From an uncultured bacterium (GTDB lineage Bacteria; Planctomycetota; UBA8108; UBA1146), in assembly GCA_913056395.1 (NCBI GenBank), contig CAJXMG010000001.1, forward strand, positions 119,550-183,549: 64,000 nucleotides of DNA, given 5' to 3'. The notes beneath the pieces are model-generated. The model was given only the letters and a program-made list of their open reading frames with translations. It had not been told where the DNA came from and made no database searches. Made by a program: the position numbers and the translations under genes. How positions within the stretch are numbered: position 1 is the stretch's first letter; each line of letters starts with the position of its first letter. This document shows, piece by piece, positions 30,618-41,352 of this stretch.

Positions 30618-31513
30618 AACCGCCAACCAACATTCAGGAAAACAAATCGATGGGGGACCTGACGTGGTTCCGCAGTGGTGGTAACGCCAGGTTTTACCTG
30701 TCTCCTTCTTCTGAAGAAGAATTGATAGAGGCCACCAAGTGGGCTTTCCGTGAAGAAGTGCCTTTTCACCTCATGGGCTTGGGGGCCAACTCTCTCTTTC
30801 CGGATGACGGTTATCCCGGTTTGATTCTCCACATGGTCAGGTTTCGACAGAGAGGGGAGCACTATCGAAGTTGCACTCCATCGGTGGTGGAGGTCGATGC
30901 CGGAATCAATCTCGAAAATCTGGTGAAAAAATTGAACGAGGCCGGTCTCGGTGGTTTCGAAAAGTTTGTGGGAATTCCCGGTACCGTCGGTGGATCTGTA
31001 TGGGGGAATGCCGGTGCGCAAAATTCCAGCCTGGGAGACCGGGTCGAATCTGTGAAAATTCTCGACTCGCAGGGTGCTGTCCATTGGGTCAAGGGAGATC
31101 AGATTACATGGAGATACCGTTCCTCCGGCTTGGGAAACCGAATCATTCTTGCTGCACGATTCCAGGTTGATCCTGATCAGGAACCGGAAGAGTTGAAAAG
31201 CCGGAGTGCGGGCTTTTTGCAATACAAAAAAAGTGTTCAGCCTTATGACGAAAAGTCGACCGGCTGCATTTTCAAAAACCCCGGTGCGGGTCGCAGTGCC
31301 GGTCAGTTGATCGATGAGTTGAACCTCAAGGGGTTATGCGAGGGGGGAGCACAGGTTTCCGATTTGCACGGGAACTTCATCGTCAACACTGAGCAGACTG
31401 CAACCACGGCGGACGTACTAGCTCTCGTCAGCAAAGTGCAGGAAAAAGTCTACGAAGAAGAGGGCGTGAGATTGGAACGGGAAGTCATCGTCGTCGGGGA
31501 GGGCAGTGAATGA
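30614..31513 (+). CDS. murB: UDP-N-acetylenolpyruvoylglucosamine reductase
   Basis: FAD-binding domain (WFRSGGNARFY, HLMGLGANSLF, GIPGTVGGSVWGNAGA) and a MurB C-terminal region. ATGA overlap with murC. Confidence 0.75.
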   Translation: MKPPTNIQENKSMGDLTWFRSGGNARFYLSPSSEEELIEATKWAFREEVPFHLMGLGANSLFPDDGYPGLILHMVRFRQRGEHYRSCTPSVVEVDAGINLENLVKKLNEAGLGGFEKFVGIPGTVGGSVWGNAGAQNSSLGDRVESVKILDSQGAVHWVKGDQITWRYRSSGLGNRIILAARFQVDPDQEPEELKSRSAGFLQYKKSVQPYDEKSTGCIFKNPGAGRSAGQLIDELNLKGLCEGGAQVSDLHGNFIVNTEQTATTADVLALVSKVQEKVYEEEGVRLEREVIVVGEGSE

Positions 31514-32352
31514 GTACTCCCAATGCTTCTCAGGGCCAATGGAAAACAGCCTTTGCTTTTTTACTGGCTTTTGTCTTTGTGGGACTTGCTCTCAGGCATG
31601 CCCGCAATGAGGTCGACCTTCAACGAGCTGCGGACGCAGGTTCCTGGAGCCTGACTGAAGACAGTTTTCCGGATTGGTTTCCTCAAACATTGACACCGGC
31701 CCTCAAAGAATTACAGCAGATCCCATCCCGAATTCCCCATGACAGCGTTCACTGGCGTGATCACGTTCGAAGTCAATTGTTGGAGAATCCATGGGTTCAT
31801 TCTGTGGGGTCGATTGAACGTCAGATGGGCGAGATTTCTTTCAGCGCAGTTTTGAGAAGACCCGTCGTCGCCGTCCGTTGTCCTGGAGGGCATCTGTTGG
31901 TGACCCCAGAGGGAAGGGTCATCGATTACGAAGAGGGATATACGCTGGATCCTCACTGGAGGATTCCGGAGTATTCATCCATGGGAGGCAATGCAAATGT
32001 GGAGGCAAACCTCCGCACGTTGCCGGCTGGAGATGAGTGGAGTCAGTTGTTGACATTGGTGGGTGACCTCTTCGATCACGGAATCCTCTCTGATCACTCA
32101 GGGTTTGTGGAGGAACTCCGCTGGAGTCCGCAGAATGATGGTGGATTCTGGTATCTGATCTGTGAGGGGGGACTGCGTCTGGCCTGGGGAAAGGCCACCG
32201 GTTCCGGGTCCAGATTGCCGGGGAGCGTGCGGGATAAAATCACTGCCATGAGAAAAGTGATTGCTGACAAGGATCGATTGGTCCCATTGGCAACCTCCAT
32301 CGACGAAATCAGCCTCTTCGCTGGTCCTAACCCGATCGTTACCCAACGCTGA
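31510..32352 (+). CDS. ftsQ: FtsQ/DivIB-like bitopic protein (assigned mainly by position)
   Basis: ATGA overlap with murB. N-terminal TM (WKTAFAFLLAFVFVGLAL) and a ~250-aa periplasmic domain. It is the last coupled gene of the dcw operon. Sequence similarity to FtsQ is weak. Confidence 0.4.
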   Translation: MSTPNASQGQWKTAFAFLLAFVFVGLALRHARNEVDLQRAADAGSWSLTEDSFPDWFPQTLTPALKELQQIPSRIPHDSVHWRDHVRSQLLENPWVHSVGSIERQMGEISFSAVLRRPVVAVRCPGGHLLVTPEGRVIDYEEGYTLDPHWRIPEYSSMGGNANVEANLRTLPAGDEWSQLLTLVGDLFDHGILSDHSGFVEELRWSPQNDGGFWYLICEGGLRLAWGKATGSGSRLPGSVRDKITAMRKVIADKDRLVPLATSIDEISLFAGPNPIVTQR

Positions 32353-32484
32353 ACACCTCCCGGCTACTGACCCTGAATATCACCCCGGATCCCTCCCATA
32401 ACCCCTCGGAGAGGTAGCGTCTGGGAGGCTCGGGGATTATCCTGATAGCTGTTCAGAGGCAAAAAATGTCGAAAAGGAGCCGGA

Positions 32485-32754
32485 GTGTCCAATCCGGATC
32501 GGTATCGCAGGTTGATCGGGGAAGTGGCCCAGGAGATGGGTTACGTTTCCGCCGAAGCTGTCGACGAAGCTTTGTCTGTTCAGGAGAAGCGCCGATCGGA
32601 GGGACTCAAGGTTCCCCTGTTGGGGCAAATCCTGGTTGAGCTGAATCATTTGACCCCGGAACAACTGCAACAACTGATTGAAGTGATCTACCCCGTCGAG
32701 GAAGACGGGGGCGAAGATCCAGATCCCCCCTCAGAGAGCGGTGAGGAAGACTGA
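32485..32754 (+). CDS. Small acidic protein with a tandem MshEN/GspE-N-like motif
   Basis: 89 aa. RRLIGEVAQEMGYVSAEAVDEALSVQ and LLGQILVELNHLTPEQLQQLIEV fit the MshEN pattern RLGxxLxxxGxLxxxxLxxALxxQ. Its stop overlaps the next start as TGATG. Confidence 0.5.
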   Translation: MSNPDRYRRLIGEVAQEMGYVSAEAVDEALSVQEKRRSEGLKVPLLGQILVELNHLTPEQLQQLIEVIYPVEEDGGEDPDPPSESGEED

Positions 32755-34772
32755 TGTCCGCAGACGACGGCAAGAAAAAACGCAGAGTACCTGCACCCAG
32801 AAAAAAAGCCGGTGGTGGGGAAAGCTCCCGAAGAGTTCCACCGAGAAGAGTCGCTCCGGGAAAGAAGCCCGCAACTCCTTCTGAAGAATCGGTCGATTCC
32901 TCCGCTGCAGAAGAAGCCGCAGCAAAGCAAGCCGCAGCCCAGCAAGCCGCAGCCCAGCAAGCCGCAGCAAAGCAAGCCGCAGCAAAGCAGGCCGCAGCAA
33001 AGCAGGCCGCAGCAAAGCAGGCCGCAGCAAAGCAGGCCGCAGCAAAGCAGGCCGCAGCAAAGCAAGCCGCAGCAAAGCAGGCCGCAGCCCAGCAAGCCGC
33101 AGCAAAGCAGGCCGCAGCAAAGCAAGCCGCAGCAAAGCAGGCCGCAGCCCAGCAAGCCGCAGCAAAGCAAGCCGCAGCAAAGCAAGCCGCAGCAAAGCAA
33201 GCCGCAGCGCGTCAGGCTGGTGCTCCCCAAGGAGATACCGCAAAGAAGCCAGCAGTTCCTGCGCGGAAGGCGAGACCTGGCTCGCGGGCACCTGCTGCAA
33301 CGGGATCCGCTGCCAGAGCGGCCTCACCTCGCAAGGGTGCAGGTCGCCGGGGCGCTCCGCCCGCAAGTGCACGTCGCAGGACAGGCGGAGAAGGTGATCT
33401 TGATGAGTTCGAGGGAGATGAGAAAAAATCACCACTGGTGTGGATTCTAGGTGGGGCTGCAGTGGTATTGATCGGTGGATTGGGCATCGTGATGATGTCG
33501 GGTGATGATCCGCCACCTGAGCCAGCCCCCAGCGCCAATACCGCCGCAAACAAACCCAGCCCCAAACAGCAAGAAGAGATTCGTGAGGAGCGGGCCAGAA
33601 AAGCCCTCGACCGGGTCGAGAAAGCAAACTCTGCCAATCCGACCCAACGCTATGAATGTGCAGCCCGATTGCAAATGGTCGCGATCGATTACTCCAATAC
33701 CCAGGCCGGTGCTGAAGCGGGTGAGTTGAGATCCCAACTGCTCAGGACCTGGAATGACGAAGTCGTCGCCGCCTGGAATGCGCTCCGCGGTGATGTATTG
33801 ACCGCATTCAGTGAGGCACGATTTGAGCAGGCTGAGCGCATGCTTGAAGAATTGCCGCCAGTGTTTTTGGGGGCGGCAGACGTTTTGGAGTCTGCATTTG
33901 AAAATGAAATCGATCGACTGCGGAAAGACGCCAAGGCGCAGGCACGTTTCAAGAAACGTCTGGATGAACTCTCGACCAAGGCCGGGGTCTACGCCCGGAA
34001 AGGCTATGAGGACATTGCGATTGCTGTGATCGAAGCCCTCCCCGAAAAAGTGGAGGAAGATGCTCCGGATGTCTGGCGCTTGAAGGAAGAGTTGATCCAG
34101 AAAATTCAGCGTGACGGCCTCGCCTTGTTGATCGAACAGGAATCGGCTCTGGAAGCGGAATTGGCAGAAGCTCGTCGCCTGGAAGAAGAGCGCAAGCAAG
34201 CCGAGCGTATCCGGCGCTGGCAGGAGCTGCGTGACTCTGTCGCATGGAAACCCCTGTTGAGTCGATTCAACCTGTACAACTGGGTGGCCTCCAGCGACAA
34301 GATGTTGGAGAAACCACTCTGGAGGGTTCTCGATCGCAATGGTGCAGGTGTCATGCTGGTGGACAATCGTTCCGGCCGCGATGCCTACACCGGGGTATAT
34401 TCGAACCATTGGGAAGATTATGTCCTCGAGTTTGAGCTCAACCTGAAGGTGGGGGCATTGCGAATTTCCCCGCGAACCCAGGCGAATGCTCAAATGGGGG
34501 CGATCACCGATGGCACTTCACCGCCTTTGGAATTGGGAGACGATTTCCCGAAGAACCGCTGGCTCAAAGTCACCATGGAGGTCAACGGCAACTCGGTGGA
34601 ACTCCGCTACGGCGATTCGGGTAAACGGCTGACCATGGATTCCGAAACAACTCGACTTCCCTCCACCGGTGGTTTTGTGTTTTACGCAGGTGACGGCACC
34701 CGGCTCGAGATTCGTGGAGTCAGGGTCAAGCTGGTCAATGACACCCGTGAGGGGGGAATCTTCGCCAAATAG
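32754..34772 (+). CDS. Bitopic protein: basic N-terminus, ~20 AAAKQ pentapeptide repeats, one TM, ~430-aa C-terminal domain
   Basis: 672 aa. Reads KKKRRVPAPRKKAGG..., then (AAAKQ/AAAQQ) x ~20, then an Arg/Pro-rich linker, a TM (LVWILGGAAVVLIGGLGIVMM) and a helical plus beta-rich C-terminus. Followed by a terminator. Confidence 0.6.
   Translation: MSADDGKKKRRVPAPRKKAGGGESSRRVPPRRVAPGKKPATPSEESVDSSAAEEAAAKQAAAQQAAAQQAAAKQAAAKQAAAKQAAAKQAAAKQAAAKQAAAKQAAAKQAAAQQAAAKQAAAKQAAAKQAAAQQAAAKQAAAKQAAAKQAAARQAGAPQGDTAKKPAVPARKARPGSRAPAATGSAARAASPRKGAGRRGAPPASARRRTGGEGDLDEFEGDEKKSPLVWILGGAAVVLIGGLGIVMMSGDDPPPEPAPSANTAANKPSPKQQEEIREERARKALDRVEKANSANPTQRYECAARLQMVAIDYSNTQAGAEAGELRSQLLRTWNDEVVAAWNALRGDVLTAFSEARFEQAERMLEELPPVFLGAADVLESAFENEIDRLRKDAKAQARFKKRLDELSTKAGVYARKGYEDIAIAVIEALPEKVEEDAPDVWRLKEELIQKIQRDGLALLIEQESALEAELAEARRLEEERKQAERIRRWQELRDSVAWKPLLSRFNLYNWVASSDKMLEKPLWRVLDRNGAGVMLVDNRSGRDAYTGVYSNHWEDYVLEFELNLKVGALRISPRTQANAQMGAITDGTSPPLELGDDFPKNRWLKVTMEVNGNSVELRYGDSGKRLTMDSETTRLPSTGGFVFYAGDGTRLEIRGVRVKLVNDTREGGIFAK
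32916..33209 (+). repeat. Tandem 15-nt DNA repeat (gccgcagcaaagcaa / gccgcagcccagcaa) x ~20
   Basis: Near-perfect head-to-tail 15-mers visible directly in the sequence. They encode the AAAKQ repeats and create spurious ORFs in other frames on both strands. Confidence 0.9.
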
Positions 34773-34821
34773 AAGATGAACGCGGGCTGTCACTCTGGCA
34801 GGCCTGTGCTGAAGAGTCAGA

Positions 34822-34861
34822 GGAGGGGCTGTCACTGTGGCAGTCCCTCCTTTTTCTTTTT
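34822..34861 (+). terminator. Rho-independent terminator
   Basis: GGAGGGGCTG...CAGTCCCTCC hairpin (10 bp, one G-T wobble) followed by TTTTTCTTTT. Confidence 0.6.
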
Positions 34862-35120
34862 CGAAGAGGTTTTCTTAAGTTGCCCTGATTTATAGGTTTA
34901 GAGCAGCGGATTCTGTGGCATATGGCCCGCTCTTTGCTGTGAAGATCATGGCCGCCCATAGTCTGCGCAGGCTTCTGGCAGGTTGATCGCCCGTGATCGG
35001 TCCTCCGGAGCAGGGTCAGAGGGGGTACCCGGCTGTTGCACGGGAACTTTCGGGAAACAGTGATTCCCCTTTTGTGGCGGTGTCCAACTTTGCGAATTCG
35101 AAACAAGAGGAGAGGCTCCA

Positions 35121-36755
35121 ATGGCCAAGGAACTGACGTTTGAGGACTCCGCCAGAGAAAAGCTGCTGAGTGGAGCGGACAAGGTGGCCCGTGCGGTGAA
35201 AACCACACTGGGACCGAGGGGGCGAACCGCCATCATCGATCGATCCTGGGGTGGTCCAAAGGTCACCAAGGACGGTGCGACCGTTGCCGAGGAGATCGAT
35301 CTCGACGATCGCGTGGAAAACATTGGTGCGCGACTGATGCGCGAGGCGGGCTCATTGACGGCGCGTGAAGCCGGAGATGGCAGTACCACTGCCACCGTGC
35401 TCGCCCATGCCATCTTTTCCCAGGGAATGAGACAGGTCGCAGCGGGGGAGAATCCTGTTTTGCTGCAGCGTAGTCTCCTGACCGTCACCGGCAAGATCGA
35501 CAAGTACCTCAGGGAGATGGCTGCCGAGGTGGAGGACTATGATGCCGTGACCAACATTGCCACTATCGCTGCCAACAATGATGAAGCGATCGGCAAATGC
35601 ATCGCGGAAGCTCTCGAGCGTGTGGGTGAGGACGGAGTTTGCAGCATCGAGGAAGGCAAGAGCACGGAAACGGTTCTTGATGTCGTCGATGGACTGCACT
35701 TCGATCGTGGTTACATTTCGCAGCAGTTTGTTACCGACGCCGATTCAGCCTCTATCACTCTGGAGAACCCCTACATTCTGATCATGGAGGAGAAGGTTTC
35801 GAACATCTCCCAGATCCTGCCTGTTCTGGAGAAGGTGGTCGAGAAGAACCAGCCGCTGTTGTTGATTGCAGAGGATGTGGACGGTGAAGCGCTGTCGACA
35901 CTTGTGGTCAACAGTCAGAAGGGGGCCCTCAAGGTCGTAGCCGTAAAAGCTCCCGGATACGGTGATCGTCGCAAGGCGATGCTGGAAGATATTGCTGTCG
36001 CCACCGGTGGCCGTGCCATTTTCAAGGATTTGGGAATTGAGCCTTCCGGCCTGAAGATTTCTGATTTGGGTAAAGCCAAAAAGGTGGAGATCAACTCCCA
36101 GACCACCACGGTTCTCGAGGGTGGCGGGAAAAAGAAGGACATGAAGGAGCGTACTCGCCTGATTCGCATGGAAATCGACAACGCAAGCAGCGATTACGAT
36201 CGAGAAAAACTGCAAGAGCGTTTGGCCCGTCTGGTAGGTGGCGTGGCTGTGATCCGTGTCGGTGGAGCAACGGAGGGTGAGGTCAAGGAGCGCAAGAAGC
36301 GTTTTGACAATGCCTTGTCCGCGACCCGTTCTGCCCTCGAGGCCGGTATTCTCCCTGGAGGTGGAATCGGTTTGATCCATGCCAGTGCGGAAGTTTCGTT
36401 GTCACGATTCAAGAATCCTCTCGACAAGTTGGCCGCAGTGATCCTTGCCAAGGCTCTTGAGGGGCCTTTCCGTCAACTTGCAGTCAACGCCGACCTTGAG
36501 CCGTCCCGTATTCTGCGGGAGATCAAGGCTGAGGAGAGTGAAAGCTATGGCTACGACTTTGCCTCCCTTGATTACTGTGACATGTATGAAAATGGAATTA
36601 TCGACTCCTGTGCGGTGATTTGCAGTGCCCTGCAAAATGCGGTGAGCACGGCAACGATGCTTCTGACTTCGAATGCGGTCGTCACCGACATTCCGAAGGA
36701 GACTGAGGAAGATGATCATCACCACCATGACCACGAAGGCGTTGGCGCATTCTAG
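35121..36755 (+). CDS. groEL: Chaperonin GroEL (paralog 1, His-rich C-terminal tail)
   Basis: MAKELTFEDSAREKLL...GPRGRTAIIDRSWGGPKVTKDGATVA, AGDGSTTATVLA and GGGIGLI motifs. The C-terminus is EEDDHHHHDHEGVGAF rather than a GGM tail. Confidence 0.9.
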   Translation: MAKELTFEDSAREKLLSGADKVARAVKTTLGPRGRTAIIDRSWGGPKVTKDGATVAEEIDLDDRVENIGARLMREAGSLTAREAGDGSTTATVLAHAIFSQGMRQVAAGENPVLLQRSLLTVTGKIDKYLREMAAEVEDYDAVTNIATIAANNDEAIGKCIAEALERVGEDGVCSIEEGKSTETVLDVVDGLHFDRGYISQQFVTDADSASITLENPYILIMEEKVSNISQILPVLEKVVEKNQPLLLIAEDVDGEALSTLVVNSQKGALKVVAVKAPGYGDRRKAMLEDIAVATGGRAIFKDLGIEPSGLKISDLGKAKKVEINSQTTTVLEGGGKKKDMKERTRLIRMEIDNASSDYDREKLQERLARLVGGVAVIRVGGATEGEVKERKKRFDNALSATRSALEAGILPGGGIGLIHASAEVSLSRFKNPLDKLAAVILAKALEGPFRQLAVNADLEPSRILREIKAEESESYGYDFASLDYCDMYENGIIDSCAVICSALQNAVSTATMLLTSNAVVTDIPKETEEDDHHHHDHEGVGAF

Positions 36756-36761
36756 AAATAG

Positions 36762-38378
<1,617 letters not shown>

Positions 38379-38387
38379 GGGAGTTGC

Positions 38388-39509
38388 ATGGCAACCAGGG
38401 ATTACTACGACGTTCTCGGAGTCGATCGCGATGCGAGCGACTCCGAGATCAAAAAAGCCTATCGAAAGATGGCTCTCAAGTATCACCCGGATAAAAATCC
38501 CGGGGATGAAGCTGCTGAGAGGCATTTCAAGGAAGCGGCTGAGGCCTATGAAATCCTCAGTGATTCCGAGAAGAGAAAAATCTACGACACCCATGGTCAT
38601 GATGGACTCAGCGGCATGGGGGGTGGTGGAGGCTTCTCCGACATCGAGGATATCTTCCGCAATTTCGGAGATATTTTCGGCGGCGGTGGTGGAATCTTTG
38701 GAGACATCTTTGGTGGAGGTCAGGGGGCTGCCCGCAGGGGAGAAAGCCTTCGGGCTCATGTCACGATTTCCCTTGAAGCGGCCGCCAGCGGAACCAGCAA
38801 AACGATCAGGTTGAGACGCAAGGTTCATTGCGGACCTTGTTCCGGTAGCGGAGCAGCAGCGGGAAGTCGCCCCGTAACCTGTAACACCTGCTCCGGCCGT
38901 GGTCAGGTATTGCGTTCTCAGGGTTTCTTCAGTGTTCGCAGTGCATGTCCCACCTGTCAGGGGCAGGGGGAGATCATCGAAAACCCTTGCAAAACCTGTC
39001 AGGGAGCAGGACTCGAACAGAAGAATGAAGAGATCGAGATCGAAATCCCCGCGGGTGTTGAAGAGGGAATGATTCTCCGAGTCACCGGCAGGGGTAATGA
39101 AGGTGCTCGCGGAGTCCCTGCAGGGGATTTGCAAGTCGTCATCGGCTATGAGCGTCATGCCTTTTTCCAGCGCGTCGATGATCATGTCGGATTTGAACTT
39201 CCTGTCTCCTATTCCCAGGCGGTGCTCGGTGCAGATCTGGAAGTCCCCACCCTTGAGGGGAAAGCTGTATTGACCGTTCCCCCGGGTACACAAAGCGGTG
39301 AGATCCTGCGTATGCGAGGGATGGGTTTCCCTTCAGTGCATTCCCGTCGCAGCAAGGGGGACCAGTTGGTCGAAGTGACCATCGAGGTTCCCAAAAAGGT
39401 CAGTGACGAACAGGAAGAGTTGTTGAGGCAACTCGCAGAGATTGAAGAGACTGAAGTCGGTGCTAGAAGGAAGGGATTCCTTGATCGCTTCAAGGAATAC
39501 TTCGGTTAG
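38388..39509 (+). CDS. dnaJ: Molecular chaperone DnaJ
   Basis: J domain with HPD (YHPDKNP), a G/F-rich region and four CxxCxGxG zinc-finger repeats. Confidence 0.9.
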   Translation: MATRDYYDVLGVDRDASDSEIKKAYRKMALKYHPDKNPGDEAAERHFKEAAEAYEILSDSEKRKIYDTHGHDGLSGMGGGGGFSDIEDIFRNFGDIFGGGGGIFGDIFGGGQGAARRGESLRAHVTISLEAAASGTSKTIRLRRKVHCGPCSGSGAAAGSRPVTCNTCSGRGQVLRSQGFFSVRSACPTCQGQGEIIENPCKTCQGAGLEQKNEEIEIEIPAGVEEGMILRVTGRGNEGARGVPAGDLQVVIGYERHAFFQRVDDHVGFELPVSYSQAVLGADLEVPTLEGKAVLTVPPGTQSGEILRMRGMGFPSVHSRRSKGDQLVEVTIEVPKKVSDEQEELLRQLAEIEETEVGARRKGFLDRFKEYFG

Positions 39510-39519
39510 GAGCCGAACC

Positions 39520-40128
39520 ATGGAAACCAACAAGCAGGACACATCGATGGAGCATGAAGGTCAGCCTGAAGAGACCCAGCAATCAGGTGAGGGGCAGGAA
39601 TCTGTCAATCAACAGGAAGCGGTCGATCAGGAGTCCCCTGAAATGGGGGAGAAAGACACTGAGACCGTTGAGCAGGATCCTGAAGAAGAGAAGGCTTTTC
39701 TTCTCGATCAGCTTCAGCGTGCACACGCAGAGTTAGCCAACTTTCGCCGCCGAACCCTGGAAGATCAGTCTACCCAGCGATTGCGAACGACCGTTTCAGT
39801 TGTCAGGTCATTTCTACCTGTTCTCGACGGTCTTGAGGCAGCAGTAAAAGCCGGGGCCGACGAGGGCGGTGAAGAAGCCATCCGCGAGGGATTGGCGATG
39901 ATCGCCGAACGCGTGGATTCGGTTTTGAAGGACCTCAAGGTCGAAAAAATCGATTCCAAAGGGGAAGACTTCAACCCTGAGTTGCACGAAGCGATGTTGC
40001 AGGTGGATCAACCGGATGCACGTCAGGGTGAAATCGTCGAGGAAGTTGAAAAGGGTTACCGCTGCGGAGACCTTTTGGTCAGGGCTGCACGAGTCGTAGT
40101 TGCCCGCGGCAGTGAATCTGCTGAATAG
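39520..40128 (+). CDS. grpE: Nucleotide exchange factor GrpE
   Basis: GrpE helical N-terminal motif (ELANFRRRTLEDQ) and C-terminal beta domain (GEIVEEVEKGYRCGDLLVRAARVVV). ATG 39520 is preceded by TAGGAG; the ORF-track start at 39442 overlaps dnaJ. Confidence 0.75.
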   Translation: METNKQDTSMEHEGQPEETQQSGEGQESVNQQEAVDQESPEMGEKDTETVEQDPEEEKAFLLDQLQRAHAELANFRRRTLEDQSTQRLRTTVSVVRSFLPVLDGLEAAVKAGADEGGEEAIREGLAMIAERVDSVLKDLKVEKIDSKGEDFNPELHEAMLQVDQPDARQGEIVEEVEKGYRCGDLLVRAARVVVARGSESAE

Positions 40129-40136
40129 AGATACTC

Positions 40137-40421
40137 ATGCCAACATATGATTATGTCTGTGATGAATGTGAGCACTCCTTTGAGGCTTTTCAGAGAATCG
40201 ACGAAGAGGTTCTGACAGATTGCCCGGAATGTGGCAAATCTGCATTGCGTCGTCTCTTTGGCGCAGGCAGTGGACTTCTCTTCAAGGGGTCAGGCTTTTA
40301 TGAGACTGATTACCGCAGCGACAACTACAAGAAGCGTCAGAAAGAGGACAAGCCCGAGTCCAAGACCAAGTCGGAGGCTTCGAAGTCCTCGAAGAAAGAT
40401 AAGGGAAAGAGTTCCTCGTGA
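40137..40421 (+). CDS. FmdB-family zinc ribbon protein
   Basis: MPTYDYVCDECEH...CPECG CxxC...CxxC zinc ribbon, with a lysine/serine-rich tail. Confidence 0.65.
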   Translation: MPTYDYVCDECEHSFEAFQRIDEEVLTDCPECGKSALRRLFGAGSGLLFKGSGFYETDYRSDNYKKRQKEDKPESKTKSEASKSSKKDKGKSSS

Positions 40422-40624
40422 GTCGATCTTCGAAGTGCCCTGTTTGTAGGGAGCCGGTGGAGGAAACGACCGGGGAGACGCAGCCGAGGATCTTTCCTTT
40501 CTGCAGTGAATCCTGTCGTGACCGCGATTTGGGAGGCTGGTTGCAGGATCAGTACCGTCTGGGATCCCGTCCCCTGGAGTCAGACGAGGTGGATGGATTT
40601 ACGGACACGCCAGCGGGGGATTGA
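40418..40624 (+). CDS. yacG: DNA gyrase inhibitor YacG-like zinc finger protein
   Basis: CPVC...PFCSESCRDRDLGGW matches the YacG signature (CPxC-x-PFCSxRCxxxDLGxW). 68 aa. Confidence 0.65.
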   Translation: MSRSSKCPVCREPVEETTGETQPRIFPFCSESCRDRDLGGWLQDQYRLGSRPLESDEVDGFTDTPAGD

Positions 40625-40674
40625 GTCGCTTCGGCAAGTTGGCAACAGCTGCTGTTGCTGACTATTGGCATCAG

Positions 40675-40716
40675 AAAAGGCCCGGGAGCGAATCGCTCCC
40701 GGGCCTTTTCTTTTTC
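40675..40716. terminator. Bidirectional rho-independent terminator between convergent genes
   Basis: AAAA-GGCCCGGGAGCG-aat-CGCTCCCGGGCC-TTTTCTTTTTC. Perfect 12-bp stem flanked by an A tract and a T tract. Confidence 0.75.
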
Positions 40717-40734
40717 TTTGGTCCAGATCGAGTC

Positions 40735-41352
40735 TTACTCGCCAGCCTGATTGACGAGACGCTTCGGAAGAACCCGGCCTTCCGGCAGTTCGTCAGCATT
40801 GACTTTCTTCACGTCACCACCGGCGTAGACGACCATGACAAATCCCTCATGGTTCTCTTCAATCCCGTTTTCCTTGTCAGCGATGGAATCATCACTTCCG
40901 AGTGCGGTGTCGGTGGCAGTCGAGGACTTGGTGCGCTGACCGAGCCATGCGTAAGAGCAGGAGTCCTCATCGAGAACGAAGTTGCCGTCGGCATCTTTTT
41001 CGGCTGCAACCTCAAGAGAAGAGGGGCAGATGAAAACTTCCGGGCTCAGATCGGAGCCTTCTCCCGAGCTGACCAGCACATTCAGGGACTCGTAAGCGGG
41101 AGGGTTCTTGCCTTTGGCTACTGGGAAGAATCTTTTATCCAGTGCATAGGCGATCGCCGACTGGCCCATGTTTCTGAGATTGTTGGTGCAGCTGACTTCG
41201 TCACCCTTGCGCAGTGCACTCAGGATGTTTCCGGAGAAGAGTGCGGCGAGGGTTCCGATGATGGCGATAACCACCAGCAGCTCGACCAAGGTGAATCCCT
41301 CTGCGCCTCTTCCTCGAAGGGATGCGCTGTCTTGCAATGATTGCTGTTTCAT
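40735..41352 (-). CDS. Prepilin-type N-terminal cleavage/methylation domain protein (pseudopilin-like)
   Basis: N-terminus reads GFTLVELLVVIAIIGTLAALF immediately after a short leader. ~205 aa. This class is abundant in Planctomycetota and Verrucomicrobiota (DUF1559-like). Confidence 0.8.
   Translation of the reverse strand: MKQQSLQDSASLRGRGAEGFTLVELLVVIAIIGTLAALFSGNILSALRKGDEVSCTNNLRNMGQSAIAYALDKRFFPVAKGKNPPAYESLNVLVSSGEGSDLSPEVFICPSSLEVAAEKDADGNFVLDEDSCSYAWLGQRTKSSTATDTALGSDDSIADKENGIEENHEGFVMVVYAGGDVKKVNADELPEGRVLPKRLVNQAGE

Noticed and set aside
7177-33209. Tandem repeats considered as CRISPR arrays
   Set aside because: The repeats are 12 and 15 nt with no spacers and lie inside ORFs. 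There are no cas genes. They are not CRISPR.
32688-33627. Several ORFs over the 15-nt repeat, such as CCGLL- and ALLRP-rich peptides on the minus strand and a QSKPQ-rich peptide on the plus strand
   Set aside because: These are frame artefacts of the tandem 15-nt repeat. The AAAKQ frame is the only one continuous with the flanking non-repetitive coding sequence.
33447-34493. 348-aa minus-strand ORF
   Set aside because: It is antisense to the C-terminal domain of the 672-aa repeat protein and has no RBS or start context.
34773-35120. Search for groES and a CIRCE operator upstream of groEL
   Set aside because: No ~95-aa ORF with a GroES-like sequence is present. No TTAGCACTC...GAGTGCTAA inverted repeat was found.
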